A DNA stretch of 64,000 bases from positions 186,001-250,000 of the forward strand of contig CT868429.1 of the NCBI GenBank assembly GCA_000165425.1. Direction: 5' to 3'. This document shows, in pieces, positions 13,654 through 26,274 of the stretch. The stretch comes from Paramecium tetraurelia (taxonomy: Eukaryota). The position numbers were made by a program, and so were the translations under genes. The notes beneath the pieces are model-generated. The model was not told the DNA's origin. It searched no databases and saw nothing but the letters and a program-made list of their open reading frames with translations. The stretch's first letter is position 1; every line of letters begins with the position of its first letter.

Positions 13654-14569
13654 TTACAAACAAAAATAAAATTTATGTTTGACATAAATTTTACATGAAA
13701 CCTTTATACACTTCCTAATTTAATTTATTGCAGATTTATTTCTACAAAGTTAAATTCTATTAACTCTCGTATCCATCATACCAACAAGAGTAATTTTATG
13801 GCATTCTTATTGAAACTCATTAAATCATAATAATAGATAATCGATATAAATAATCAACTAATATACGGCTAAAAACAGTTGTCAAGTTGGTCTCAATTAT
13901 TTCAAGCATATAATTCAAGCGCATTAAGATAATTGCAAGAATTGAAGTCATTTTCCAGTTAAATGCAGAATATTTATATCATTTTAGGAAAGGCTTTTTA
14001 ACATTAAAATAAGCCTAAAACTAGGCTTAAATACTGCAATTTCATATATTCATATAACTTATTTATTCAACAAATTTTGAAACTTAAGAGACAAATTCTT
14101 AGAATAGAAATCATATGTTAGAAGCTATTGATATCGATTATAATAACTAATTAGCTGGAAAAAGCATTTATTATTTTTATATAAAAATGAATAGATCCTT
14201 TTGAATATTAACCTCTATCAATTCCCTGATCAAAATAATCAAATACTTAATACCTTAATCCTATAAATATGGATTTTATATCTCTTAAACTATAATCAAA
14301 TTGAGTTCACCTATAAAACTGCTAAGATTTATAAACTATTTAAATAATTGATTTATTTAAGAATTCTTTTAACATATAAATGAAGATTCTTTATAAAAGC
14401 ATTCTGGTCTTTCCTTTTTAAAACAAATATTCAAATTAAATGAAGTTAATCGAATATGTATAGTAATTTAATTTGATATTTCTGCATGGCAGAATAAATA
14501 AATGAGCAAAAATAATGCTTATGATAATTCTTTATTATATTATATATCAATCTTGACATTATAAATTTA

Positions 14570-14943
14570 TCATCCTGACTTGAAGAGGAGTACTGATTTC
14601 CCATTAGATAAAAAATCAAAAAAGGTTAAAAGTTCTAAATCATAACTTAAGGAACATCCGAAGTTAGATCCTATAATGCATTGCCACTCACCTTCACCCA
14701 CTAATTTATTAAAAAAAAGAATATACTTATCTTGTACTCTGGTTTAGATCTCAAATGTTTGACTAATTCAACACATACATCCTTGTCTAATGTCTATTTT
14801 TTGAATAATTCATCTAATTCTAAAAGTTTACGATAAATGTTTGTCTTACTTAACAATATATCTTTCATTAGACTCTATTTCATTTCTGAACTTCTTATTC
14901 GAATTGGTGGAAGGGCTACTTGTTTTTCATCATCTGAGTCCAT
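14570..14943 (-). CDS. Dynein light chain type 1 (LC8-family) protein
   Basis: MDSDDEKQ...; WQCIIGSNFGCSLSYD...VLLFKSG-stop is typical of the LC8 family; one 26-nt intron (14701-14726). Confidence 0.85.
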
Positions 14944-15537
14944 CAGTTTTATTTTTATTAATTATATTAATATAAATGATTCAATCCATTAATATATTTA
15001 TTCCTTGATTTATAATTATGCCTATTCCTAGCTGATTTAGATTTGTTTTACTAGGCTACTCTGGAAATGAAATCCTTTTACATAATATTCTTTGCTTTAA
15101 ACTAATTAGATGATTCAAGGAGCTTTTTATAATAATGGTTCAATTGTAATTAAGAGTAGAAGCCATAAGTTTTAGAAATGGAATAAATATTTATATAGTT
15201 ATTAAATCATTAGATCACATTTGACAAATTTAGAAATTTGGAGTGAATTATTATTCTCCTAGTCTTTCGGAATCAATAAAATTGCTGCTTAGATATGGCG
15301 AGGATTAAATTTAATTTAGTAAAGATAGATAAAGTCTTAGAATAGCAAGATAAGCATAATAAAGATGGAAAAAATAATACAGTTTTAGTGCTTAATAAAT
15401 TTCTTAATTATTCTAAAATAAATATTTTCATTTACAAGTTTTTATTTTTTTTAGGCATTACTCAAAATAATAGCATAGAACACTAAGTGAATACAAGAAA
15501 ATCAAATATTTATCTCATTTTATATATAATTTTTATA

Positions 15538-16029
15538 TCAATATTTGCGTTCTGTTCTTAAGGATAAATCATCCAATTTGGCATCATTATATTGAAAATA
15601 GCATTCATCTGCTGACTTTGAATCTTTGAAAAAAGCCTTCAAGACTACCTTTAATGAATTGAATATTTACTTTAGTTTCAGCTTCATTCTCTTGTATATT
15701 ATTGGCAATAACGTGAAGTTTAACCAAATTCCCGCATCTAGATCTAATATCACTCTAAGTTTATGCAATTCTAATACTATTAGGTCAGAGATCTAATTCT
15801 TGGCTAGAAAGTTGTAGATATCAATTTCGTATAATTCTCTTGTATTGGCTCCATTTTATTATTTCCAATCATTCTTTCTTTATCTATCTCTATTTCTGTT
15901 TTGTGAATTATTTTTTTGTCTATTGAAGTTATTTTTAGGCTTTCTAATGTTCCTAGATTAATTTTGCTATTTTTAATGTCTTGGCTTTTTGATATTTGAT
16001 TCCAAATTAATTTCTTCTACTTCAGACAT
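15538..16029 (-). CDS. Small basic protein with a possible divergent RRM-like C-terminus
   Basis: MSEVEEINLE..., R/N/K-rich N-terminus, C-terminal AFFKDSKSADECYFQYNDAKLDDLSLR; one tiny intron; TGA at 15538-15540. Confidence 0.55.
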
Positions 16030-16054
16030 TAAATTAAAATTAATAAATAATTAA

Positions 16055-16996
16055 ATGGCAAATTTACACGGTTATGGAGAATATCAGCCAGATTATTAGT
16101 AAAGAAGGCAACAAAGAACATTGCAAGATTATTTTGGAGACAGTATAAAACGATTTCCATTTATTGGTTATTTCTATTTTTGAATAAATTAGGAGCTTAA
16201 GTTGTAAAAACGAATCCCCGATAAATGCATTACTTCGAAATGTTATAGAATAATTATTTTCCTGGATACAAGATACAATCTGTTACAACTTTAGCTATTT
16301 TTGTATATACTCTACTATTTACTCTATGCATTTTTGGAGGAATCGAAAAACAAGGATAATTTCTAGAAATCAATGATGCAACACTTTAAAGTCATGGGGG
16401 TTTAGTTACAAATTAAATCAAGAATGAGTTCATGTTCTAATAATTATTTACAAGCATCTTTTTGAGTAGAGATTTTTATCACTATTTTTGCATTGTTTTC
16501 TTCTTACTCATATTATTATCCAGTTTTGAATATGCATCAGGTCCAATCATAGCAATTTCATTATATATATTTAGCGGAGCCATGGGAGCATTATTTGGAA
16601 GTTCTATTAATTGTTGCACAGATCTGATTTATTTACATGCAAATACTGCTATATATGGATTGATAGGAGCATTCTTTGGAGTATAATTCTAACTTAATTT
16701 AGTGTATAATATTGAATTGGTGTTCACTCGAAGTTTTGAATGAAATGAGAGCATTTTTATGTTGTTTTATGTGGATTCTATTAACATTTGTCCTCGTCAT
16801 AACTTTATCAGCACTTAACACAAATCATAATGATAAATATGGTTAAATTGGAGGAATTATCACAGGATTTTTCCTTTCATTGGCAATTGTACCGCCAATG
16901 AACTAAGGAAGTTATGAAGATAAAGCAAAAATATTTGGATGGACATTTTTAGGAATCTTTGCTTTCATCAGTACTTTGATGATTATCGTGATATGA
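16055..16996 (+). CDS. Rhomboid-family membrane protein, predicted catalytically inactive
   Basis: Multiple TM helices. LYIFSGAMGALFG, HANTAIYGLIGA (position of GASG) and YGQIGGIITG (position of AHLGG). Two tiny introns. Confidence 0.75.
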
Positions 16997-17854
16997 TATT
17001 TAGAATTTTATATATATTGAATCAGGACCTAAGTAACAAAGTCTTTAATTTTTAAATTATATATCTATTCCATTATTTTGAGGTGCATTTCAAGGGAGAT
17101 TATTTATATAAAATATAATAAGGAATTTATATCATAAATTTCAAGCACAAATATATATTAATAAAATAAAATATTCTTTATTTTTTTTAAATATAATTCA
17201 CATTTTCATGTTATTCATAGGGTAAACATGATCAAAATTTAAATTACCTTTAATGAATGTATTCAATTTCATATATATTTAGAGAATAATCTAATATATG
17301 GGGTATATGTGTTCTCATCACTTATTGCTCATTATGACTCTAAATTCAAATGGATTGTTAAAAACAGATTGACAGGAACTTACTTGTCAACATTTTTGTC
17401 GTTTTTATTTTCATTAGAGGAAAAAGTTCGAATAATATATATATATAATTATTATCGAATTTTAAGTTTTTTATTTTTAATATATATTTTAGGGTAGTGG
17501 TTTTAATTCGGAAGTTTTATTGGTTCTCCTTTTTAATGAGGATTTAGTCTGCATATGATGATTAGCAATGCTTAAATTTATCACTTAAAAGAATACATAC
17601 ATTTAAGCGATTAAAATATGTTCTAAGATTTCAAGAAAAGAGATCTTAGCTTGAATGTTCAGCAGTTATGGGTTGAAACAATAATCAGAATTTTAATCAA
17701 AATAATTAAGAATGGAGTTAGTATTCAAGGTTCTAAATATAGATCAGTGATAATAAATAGTAACTTTGCTTGTTTATATCAAATAATATGTATCATTATT
17801 TATGTTATAAACTGATTAATTAATGATTTATCAATTCATAATTTTTATATCATA

Positions 17855-18916
17855 ATGTCTGTTTATTATCTGGGCTCTGATATGAAGTAAAACTCAGAAA
17901 TTTCTGGAATTGCCTCAAACTTAAAGCTAAGGGAGGCTTCAGATGATTTTAACTTAATCGCTAGTTTTGAACACTCTCAACAGTGCAAAGCTTTTGGTTT
18001 TAATAAATCCAATAATATTTGGGTGTTGGGTTATGGTCTTGAGATTTTGGTTTGCCAGAAGGAGCAAGAGACACTGAGGGTTGATTAAGCTCTATAAGGA
18101 CATTCATCTTGTGTTACTAATATCCTTTATAGTAACAAAGAAGATATGTTCATTTCCCTTGGATGTTGGAATGACAATGTTATCGTTTGGACTCTAGAGT
18201 CAGATGGTAAATGGTATAAACAGTTTCTCATCTACAAGGAAGGGTAAACAAGGGAATTTGAAGTCGTTTAGTTGATTCTAAGCGAAGATGAGAATGAGTT
18301 GATAGGAATAATGGATTATAATTTTATAATAGTTTGGCAACGATCTCCTAAAAACTAATGGATCAATAGATAAATCATACAAATTAGTCAAAATGACCTT
18401 TCCCAGATTCATCAGGTGAGTTATGATAAGAATTAATCGAAAATAATTGTCATAACTTAAAACGGTTAGGTGCAATTTTTTGCAAAAAATCAAAACAATC
18501 TATGGAAGAAGAGATAATCAATTAACCTTAAGATGATAAAAGGCAAGAAATTTTATAATATTAATAATGATTAATTGATAATCTAGACTCTAAAAGGAGA
18601 GTATTTATTTTTCAATTTTAATACAGAAAATGAGTTATATGAGGAAGCTTAAGATACAATGTGCTAATTTCGTAAGGGAATTTTAAATTAATAATTTGAT
18701 TTCAATTCTTAAATCTCACAAGGTCAGGATATAGTTGCTTTGAAAAGAAACAAGCATCTATAGATATTTATAAAGGATACAAATAACTTGTATTAACAAA
18801 TCTAGACAATCTAATTTGAACAAAACTTTTTCTATCAATTTACAAAGAATAATAAGTATCTTATTACTTGGGATTATTCAAAATTCATAAAAATATGGCA
18901 ATAAAAAAGTGATTGA
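17855..18916 (+). CDS. WD40-repeat protein
   Basis: Intronless frame in ciliate code; LQGHSSCVTNI...VIVW, FIIVW and IKIW-type WD-repeat ends; TGA at 18914-18916. Confidence 0.75.
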
Positions 18917-19188
18917 TCTTTATTTCATCTAAATAATTATATTTATTTTTTAATATTTTTTGCTTATCTGAAGAAATATTTCGATTATTATCAAATTGGA
19001 TTTGAATTAGAGGGGAGAAGCAGAGCAATTGGGAATGGGAATTTGAAGAATTTAAATAGGAATTAATAAATCTACGATCTGATTGGAAGGGAAGCATGAG
19101 AATGAGATATATATTTTTGCCTAATTAATATAGGAATAAAATATATCTAATATATTTTTATTAGGATTTAATTTTATTAATTAAATTA

Positions 19189-19836
19189 ATGGGTGATATT
19201 ATCCCTAATTAACTATTTGTTGCTGGGTACAGCCGTAGCAAAGTATAAGATGAGAAAGATGTGAGAGATATCTTCAAAAAGTACGGAACGATCAAAGAAG
19301 TAGCCTATAAGGGATCATATTCATTTGTTGTATGAACTAATTTCGAAATTAAGACCTTCAGTAATGAGTCGGAAGCACAAGAAGCCTTGAAGGGCACCAA
19401 CGGGTAATCTTACAACGGATAAAAATTGAAAGTGGATGTGGTGGACAATCGTAAAGGAAGAAAGACAGGCCCTAATGAGGAAGATAAATGTTTCAAATGC
19501 AATAAAGGTGGTCATTGGTAAATGTTTAATTAAATTTCTAGGGCTCGTAATTGTCCAAACATCAAATCACCTAGACGCAGTAGAAGAAGATCCGATTCTA
19601 GATCGAAGTATAAAGATATTTAAAATTTTAGGCGCCGTCACAGAAGATCTGAATCTAGATCTTATTCTTCTTATTCATCATCCAGATCTAGAAGAAGAAG
19701 ATATCAAAACAAAAGAAAGAGACACAGCAGAAGCCCTAGAAGAGATCAAAGGATCAGAAAAAGAAGTGTTAGTCCAAAGCGATCACCTTCTGATTCAGCC
19801 TCATCCAAAAGACCGAATTCAAACTCAAAATCTTGA
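19189..19836 (+). CDS. SR splicing factor with RRM, CCHC zinc knuckle and RS tail (SRSF7/9G8- or RSZ-like)
   Basis: LFVAG...KGSYSFVTF...LKVDV (RRM), CFKCNKGGHWARNC (knuckle), RS-rich C-terminus; three tiny introns. Confidence 0.88.
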
Positions 19837-19930
19837 TAAAGAATGGGAAAAAAAACTCATTTTATTACAAAAGAAATATAAACAATTAATTGAATATAAT
19901 TTATTCAATTCTTCTCATAACATTATCATT

Positions 19931-21529
19931 ATGAAAAAAAGAACCCTTCAGGATTTGTCTAAAGAACAAGACCAGATTAATTCATCTTACATAGAGATCA
20001 ATACAGTTCAGAAGGAATTGTATTTAGAAAATCAAAAAAGAATAAAAGAAAGATAAAAAGACAAGGACCAAATAGTAGTCATTGAAGATGATGAAATCAA
20101 GTAACAAACTGAAGAAAAGCAAGTCAAATTATCATTTCCTGTAGGAACATTTTGTTTGAATTGTCTGACCTAATATCCTTAAGATGAAAGAAAACCACAT
20201 CACTTGCCATTTATTAACATCCTTTACGAAAATGCATATATCGATGTCAAAACTTAGAAACCAAAAAAAACATTGGAGAGTGCTCTTATGACTTGTTTCG
20301 GATTTGAAGACCAATTATTAGAACCCATTGTAAAATCCGGTGTTGATCTCTACATTGTGAATGACAATGATAATTTAAACAAGAAACTTGAAATAATTGA
20401 AAAGTATAACAATTATCCAAATTGGATGGTCATTAAGCCATCTAAATTAGGTTCATGTATGTTTGGCGGTGCCTTTCACCCTAAAATATGGATTCTAAAA
20501 TTTCCTAAATTTATTCGGATTGTCATCGGAAGTTAAAATTTGCATGTTGGAGATTGGACAATATGGTCATAAGCAATGTGGATATAGGACTTTAAAATAG
20601 GAAAAAGTGAATTAGACTAAGGTTCATAAGAGTTTAAGACTATGCTAAGAGAATTCCTATATGAAATATTGCCTACATCTCACAAATTCGAAGATCTCCT
20701 TAAAATTAAATATGATGATTATGATTTCAAAGATGTAAATATCAAACTCATCACATCCATCCCAGGCAGATTTGTAGGCAATCAATTATTTAAATATGGT
20801 ATGATGAGACTTCAGTCAGTCTTATACTATGAACTTTGTAATAATAAAATGGAGATCCCTAAATAAGTTTGTGTCACATATTAAACTACTAGCATAGGGT
20901 AATTAGATGACAATTATATTGATTTCGCTTTATAATGTTGTACAGGCAAAGTGTATAAGCAACCTTTGGCAAGTGAATAAAATAACAAAAAATTAAATTA
21001 GATGATTCTCAATCAATAAGAGGAAGAACAATCAAAATTGAAATTAATCTACCCAACGGCAGATTATATTGAAAACTAAACTCATGGAGGAGTTGACTTT
21101 GCAAATCCATTGTATTTAAAGAAGCAATTATATGAAAATCCTAAATTCCCCAAGCATCTATTTTATAAATACTAAGGATCAGATCATTATTATTGGCATA
21201 CCGGTAACATTCCCCATTTAAAAGTAATGATTATTACAGGATTAGATGAAGAGATAAATGATTATACCTCTATTTATATTGGGAGTCATAATTTTAGTTA
21301 AGGAGCTTGGGGGAAAATGGAAAAAAATGCAACTTAATTATACATAGCTAATACAGAATTAGGTGTTTTATATCCTCCAAAAAAAAATTCAGCTTAACTG
21401 AAATAATAAATTATAGAATAACTTTCATTTAAGTTTCCTCCTTTAAAATATGAAAAAGATGATCAACCTTGGATTAATGAAGCATACTATGAAAGATTGT
21501 ACAAAGAATACTAGTAATAAAAAAAATGA
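19931..21529 (+). CDS. TDP1: Tyrosyl-DNA phosphodiesterase 1
   Basis: Two HKN catalytic motifs: FHPKIWILKF..IRIVIGSQNL and IPHLKV...GSHNFSQGAWG...NTELGVL; no intron seen. Confidence 0.92.
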
Positions 21530-21720
21530 TATTTTTTCTTTATGTTATTAATAAATACAAACATTCCTTATTATTTATTTAATCATTATATTGATGTAGG
21601 GTTCTATTAAATATAGGAATATTTCTGTATAGGTTATATTTAACTTTGTAATAGAAAAAAGATTTTGTAAAATATATTTCAAATAAAATTGGTATATAAT
21701 TAATAATAGCATATATTTTC

Positions 21721-23547
21721 TCAATATTTTTTGTAAATTTAAAGAATTCTCTTTTCTAATTCCCCATCATCTTTCATTAAATAATCGAATCTTTCTTTTT
21801 CCTATCTCCAAATATCTTTCAACTCTTAAATTTATTTAATCTTCTCATCTCTTAACTCCTTCTCTAATTTAGATAGAATCTTAAAAATCATCAAAAATTA
21901 ATTTACCTATTTCTATGCGACTCCTGCAACATGTCTTTCCTTTCGCTCATTTTATAGTTTTTCTTTTAGCATAGAAATCTTATCATTATAGGCATTCTCC
22001 ACAGATGCTAGTGCATTTCTAGTAATTATATTTTATTATCTTCTCACTTATAGATGATCCTTCTTCTCATCAATAATCTTTCTTTTTTCTAATTCAAAGA
22101 TGATTCGATGACTATGAGAATTTAATAAAATATTACATTTTTCTTAAATAATTTAATTTTTCATCTCTTAATTTATAATACATTGACAAATGTTCATTTT
22201 CAAATTCTTTTTTTAAATCATCTTTCTTTTTTTGATTCATTTTAGTGAGTTATTTTTAACTTCGCATTGATTTATTTTATAAGGATTCTTATTTCTTTTA
22301 TTTTTATTGATAAGTCTTAAGATAATCTTTTAAAAATTCTTTATATTAATTTCTATTTTTAATGATTTTTTCAATAGTTTCCTTTTCATCACTTGGAGGT
22401 TAACTCTTCATTTTAGCTAATGATTCCTTAATGACTTAAATTTAAAAGTCTATGAAATTATCAATTTCTGGTTATTCGCCTTATTCCTCACCTTCTTTTT
22501 CTTACAATAATTTTCGGATATTGTCCTTCTATTATTCTCTTTAATATTTAGCTTTTATTGGATCATCATCTTCTAATTGATTGATTTCCTCTTCATCATG
22601 TTATTACAAGAAATCATAATCTATATCACTAATATCTGAGAAATCAAAATCAAGTTATTCTAATTACTCTTCATCTTAGGGATGCTTTGTATTTTTTTGT
22701 GATTTATTTGTTTATGAAGTCCTTTAACCCTGCTATTATTATTGTTACTTCTTGTATTTAACAGGCAAATTTGGATCTTGTGTAATAATTCTCTATTATA
22801 ATTAGGTGTAACAGGTAATAAATTATTGCTAATTGCTTTTAACTGATTTTCCTTTGAATTAGGAACTTTAGTTGAAGTTTTTTTTTGGTTATTTTATTGT
22901 AAATTCTTAATTGTGGCATTCTTATCTTTATCTCCAGACTATTTCAAGTCTTTTTAGGATTTAATCCTTTTTATTTATTAGGTTTACTTATTTCCACCAT
23001 CCCCTTCAGATGATTCCTCATACCCAGGATTATCATTAAAGGAATCTAAATAAGTGACATTGTATACCAAATTATCGTTCGTGTGGATTTGAATTGTTCA
23101 ATTAGGAATTTTGTTAACTTGATAAATTCGATCCGGGATTTTAAACTTAATCCTTATAAAGCTTCGATAGTTCAAGCAAGATTTATAAAAAGTTATAAAG
23201 GTGCCTCAAATCTCCTTAAGCAATTGAATGACCACTGATATGTGACAAATCCATTGTCAAAACTGGATAAGACTAAAAATATTTTCAAGATGATTTACTA
23301 AAAATTCGATTAGTCCTTACAACTTTTCCCCTGTTGGATTTCTTTCTTTTTGAATATTATCAATTTCCTTCTCTAGAAATGGAAACATGATTCTAAATAT
23401 TGTGCAATAATTTCTTTCATTTTTTAGTTATTCTCTATTATAAGATCAACTTATGAAATACATAGTGACATCGCGTTGTGGATCCTAATCTAAATTGGAA
23501 ACTATCTACTAATATAAATCTATAATGTCTTAGACTTCAGAATTCAT
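21721..23547 (-). CDS. CEP95: CEP95-like centrosomal/basal-body coiled-coil protein
   Basis: MDLSHISGHSIAQGDLRHLYNFLQIL resembles the CEP95 N-terminal conserved motif; SVENAYNDKISMLKE resembles its C-terminal motif; tiny introns. Confidence 0.7.
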
Positions 23548-23639
23548 TTTTCAAATAATGTATTGAATATCAGTTAGATTTATTAATTTATTAAGTGGGA
23601 AAAAACTCAAAACTCAATAATCTAAAATCAAAATCATTA

Positions 23640-24775
23640 TCAAAATTGTTTCTCTCTCCCTCCACAACGAAAAAGCGATATAACTTTTTACAAAATGCTA
23701 ACATTTTGATTTTACATTTATTATTGGATTTCTATTTATTGTTGTCTTTAAAGACTTGGTTATGTGGAAATATCATTAATTTCTTTCTCTACTCTATCTA
23801 TGTTTTCTATCCATTTATTATTTAGCACACCTTGCAATGAAATTCTCTCATCAGGATCAGGGACTAGCATCTGATTTAATAGATCTTGAATTTAAGGATT
23901 TGTTATTTTTGTAAATTAAGGTGACTTAAAATCAAGAATTTACTGCATCTTCTCAATCTAATTGCCTAAATTTGTTTATTTATTAAACCTTATACTAATG
24001 GTTTGTTTTCGAGCAACCAGTATAATATAGCAGCTAATGACCACACATCAACTTTCTGAGTTTGAGGTAGATTCTTAATAACTTCTGGTGCCATAAATTC
24101 AAATGTTCCCGAAAAACTACTTATTACACTTTCATAAGTAGCTAAGCCAAAATCACAAATTTTAGGATTCCCATTTTTGTCCAATAGAATATTGTCAGGT
24201 TTCAAATCTCTATGGATTATACCCTTTTCATGAAGATACATAGTAGCTTCGCATAATTATATAAAGATGTTGTAAAAATTGCAATTCTCTCTATTCTATG
24301 TTAATGTGCCTTTAGCTAAAAATTAACAAAGCTTTACATGCATATTCCATAACTATATATATATAATCGTCATCTTCTATGAAATAATGAAACTAAATTA
24401 TGTTTTTATGATTCAAATGCTTATGAATTCTTACCTCCTTCGAACATTAATTCTTATTCATCTTCTTTAGAGCATACAATTGTCCTTGTATTTATATTTT
24501 ATGCACTGTTCCAAAACTCCCTTATCCTATTTATTCTAGTAATTGCATTTCTTTTATAACACTTTATTTGTCTACTATAACTGCCTGCTCTATCCCTCCA
24601 CATAATTCTTAATGTTTGCTAACAATTTATTTCTAATTGCTTGGTACCTATCTGAAATTCGACAAATTTCACAACAATAAAAAGCATTTGGACACCATAA
24701 ACATTATATTGTCAGTCCTTCCATTAAGGAATCTAAACTTATCAATGTGTTACATAAATCATAAGAACAAATCAT
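23640..24775 (-). CDS. Ser/Thr protein kinase with N-terminal MYND-like zinc finger
   Basis: N-terminal C-x4-C...CLWC..FYCCEIC...H...C; kinase motifs [31 protein letters not shown]. Confidence 0.88.
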
Positions 24776-25138
24776 AAAATTATTATTAAATACTTTTTCT
24801 AAAGATAACTAGATAAATAAAAAAGTTATTTTAATTTTGTTCATGTGTTTTCAGTTATTTTAACTAAAAATGTTTTATTATATAATATTTAAATAAACCA
24901 TTTTTCAATTCTATTATAACTATTTTTGATAATAATTTAATTCATTATCCAAATAAATTGGCTTGCCTTTTCAGTTGACAAAATATTTGAGAAATAATAT
25001 TTATAATTGAAATAATAAAAATAAAAGAACCCTTAGATGGTTTTGGAATCCATATTTTAACTTTAACTATATTAATATTGTTGCACTTAAGTATTGGAAA
25101 TTATTGATAATGAATTTATAATAACTTGATAAATAAAA

Positions 25139-26246
25139 TCATAACCTAGGTTTCTCATTATTGTGCTAACCAATCTTTGGAATGTCTTTAAATTAAAACT
25201 GATAATCTGAAAATATGGGTTATCCATTAACTTCAATTTTACCATTCCTTTTAACAAACACATTTTCTCCCAAATAATTTTTGGTTTCATATTCCTCCAA
25301 ATCTACTACAGGGGATACACAAGCATCAAATTAATCGAAGATTTTTTCCCATTAATCTCTGGTTTTGCTTTCAAATAGTGTTGATATTTCTTATTTTAAA
25401 TTCTCCCATTCAGCCTAATTTAATTAGTTTTCCAATATAAATTAACCTCTTAATTATAATCTGAATTACATACCTTTATTGACTGAGACCACCTGCAATT
25501 AAACCTTTTACAAATTCTTAATAAAATTTTTCCTCTAAACACCCCACACTCATAAATTTTCCATCCTTACATTAATAAATATTGTAAAAATGAGTTCCTC
25601 CATCAAGTACATTATTACCAATTCCATTTGACCAGAGTTTCTCATTTTTTTAATGTAAAATAAATTAACTTAGATATGCAGCTCCTTAAGCCATTCCCAA
25701 ATCAATTTATTACCCACTCCCACCTTTTTAAACATTAATTAAAGCTGCTAAAATACTAGCCACTCCTAGCATTCCTCCCACTGCAAAATCTCCAATGACA
25801 TTCCCTGGAATAGCAGGTCTTTTTTAAGATCCAGTACTAGCACAATATCCAAGAACTCCTCCATAGGAAATAAAATTTATATCATGACCAGCCTTTTCTT
25901 TTAATGGACTATTTTAGCCAAAACCAGTGACTCTACAATATATTAATTTAGGATTAATCTCTGAACAAATCTTATATGATAATCCCAGTCTCTCCAAGAC
26001 TCCTGGACGATAAGGATCAATTAATATATTGCTGTCTTTAATCATATGTTTAACAATTTCAATGTCTTATTTATTTTTTAGGTCGAATGTCATGCTTTTT
26101 TTACCTCTATTCATGGGACTATTTTAAGGTTGAGAGTCATGTCTTGATAGTATTGTGACCTATGCTCCATAATCGGCTAGGACCATGCCTATAAATACAG
26201 TGGGGGCCAAACCAGCAAATTCTAACACTTTTATCTAAGAAAGCAT
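25139..26246 (-). CDS. AMACR: Alpha-methylacyl-CoA racemase / CoA-transferase family III
   Basis: KVLEFAGLAP..GMVLADYGA, NRGKKS, YRPGVLERLGL, GHDINF, GDFAVGG; ends in PRL-stop. Confidence 0.9.
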
Positions 26247-26274
26247 TTTGTAATTGTTATAATTAATTATTTAT

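Noticed and set aside
13696..14393. Long + strand open frame in ciliate code
   Set aside because: With only TGA as stop, such frames arise by chance in AT-rich DNA; I/L/K/N/F-rich with no motif.
19436..20056. 206-aa ORF apparently bridging the SR gene and TDP1
   Set aside because: It is an off-frame read of the RS-rich exons running through introns into the TDP1 start; the spliced SR model explains the region.
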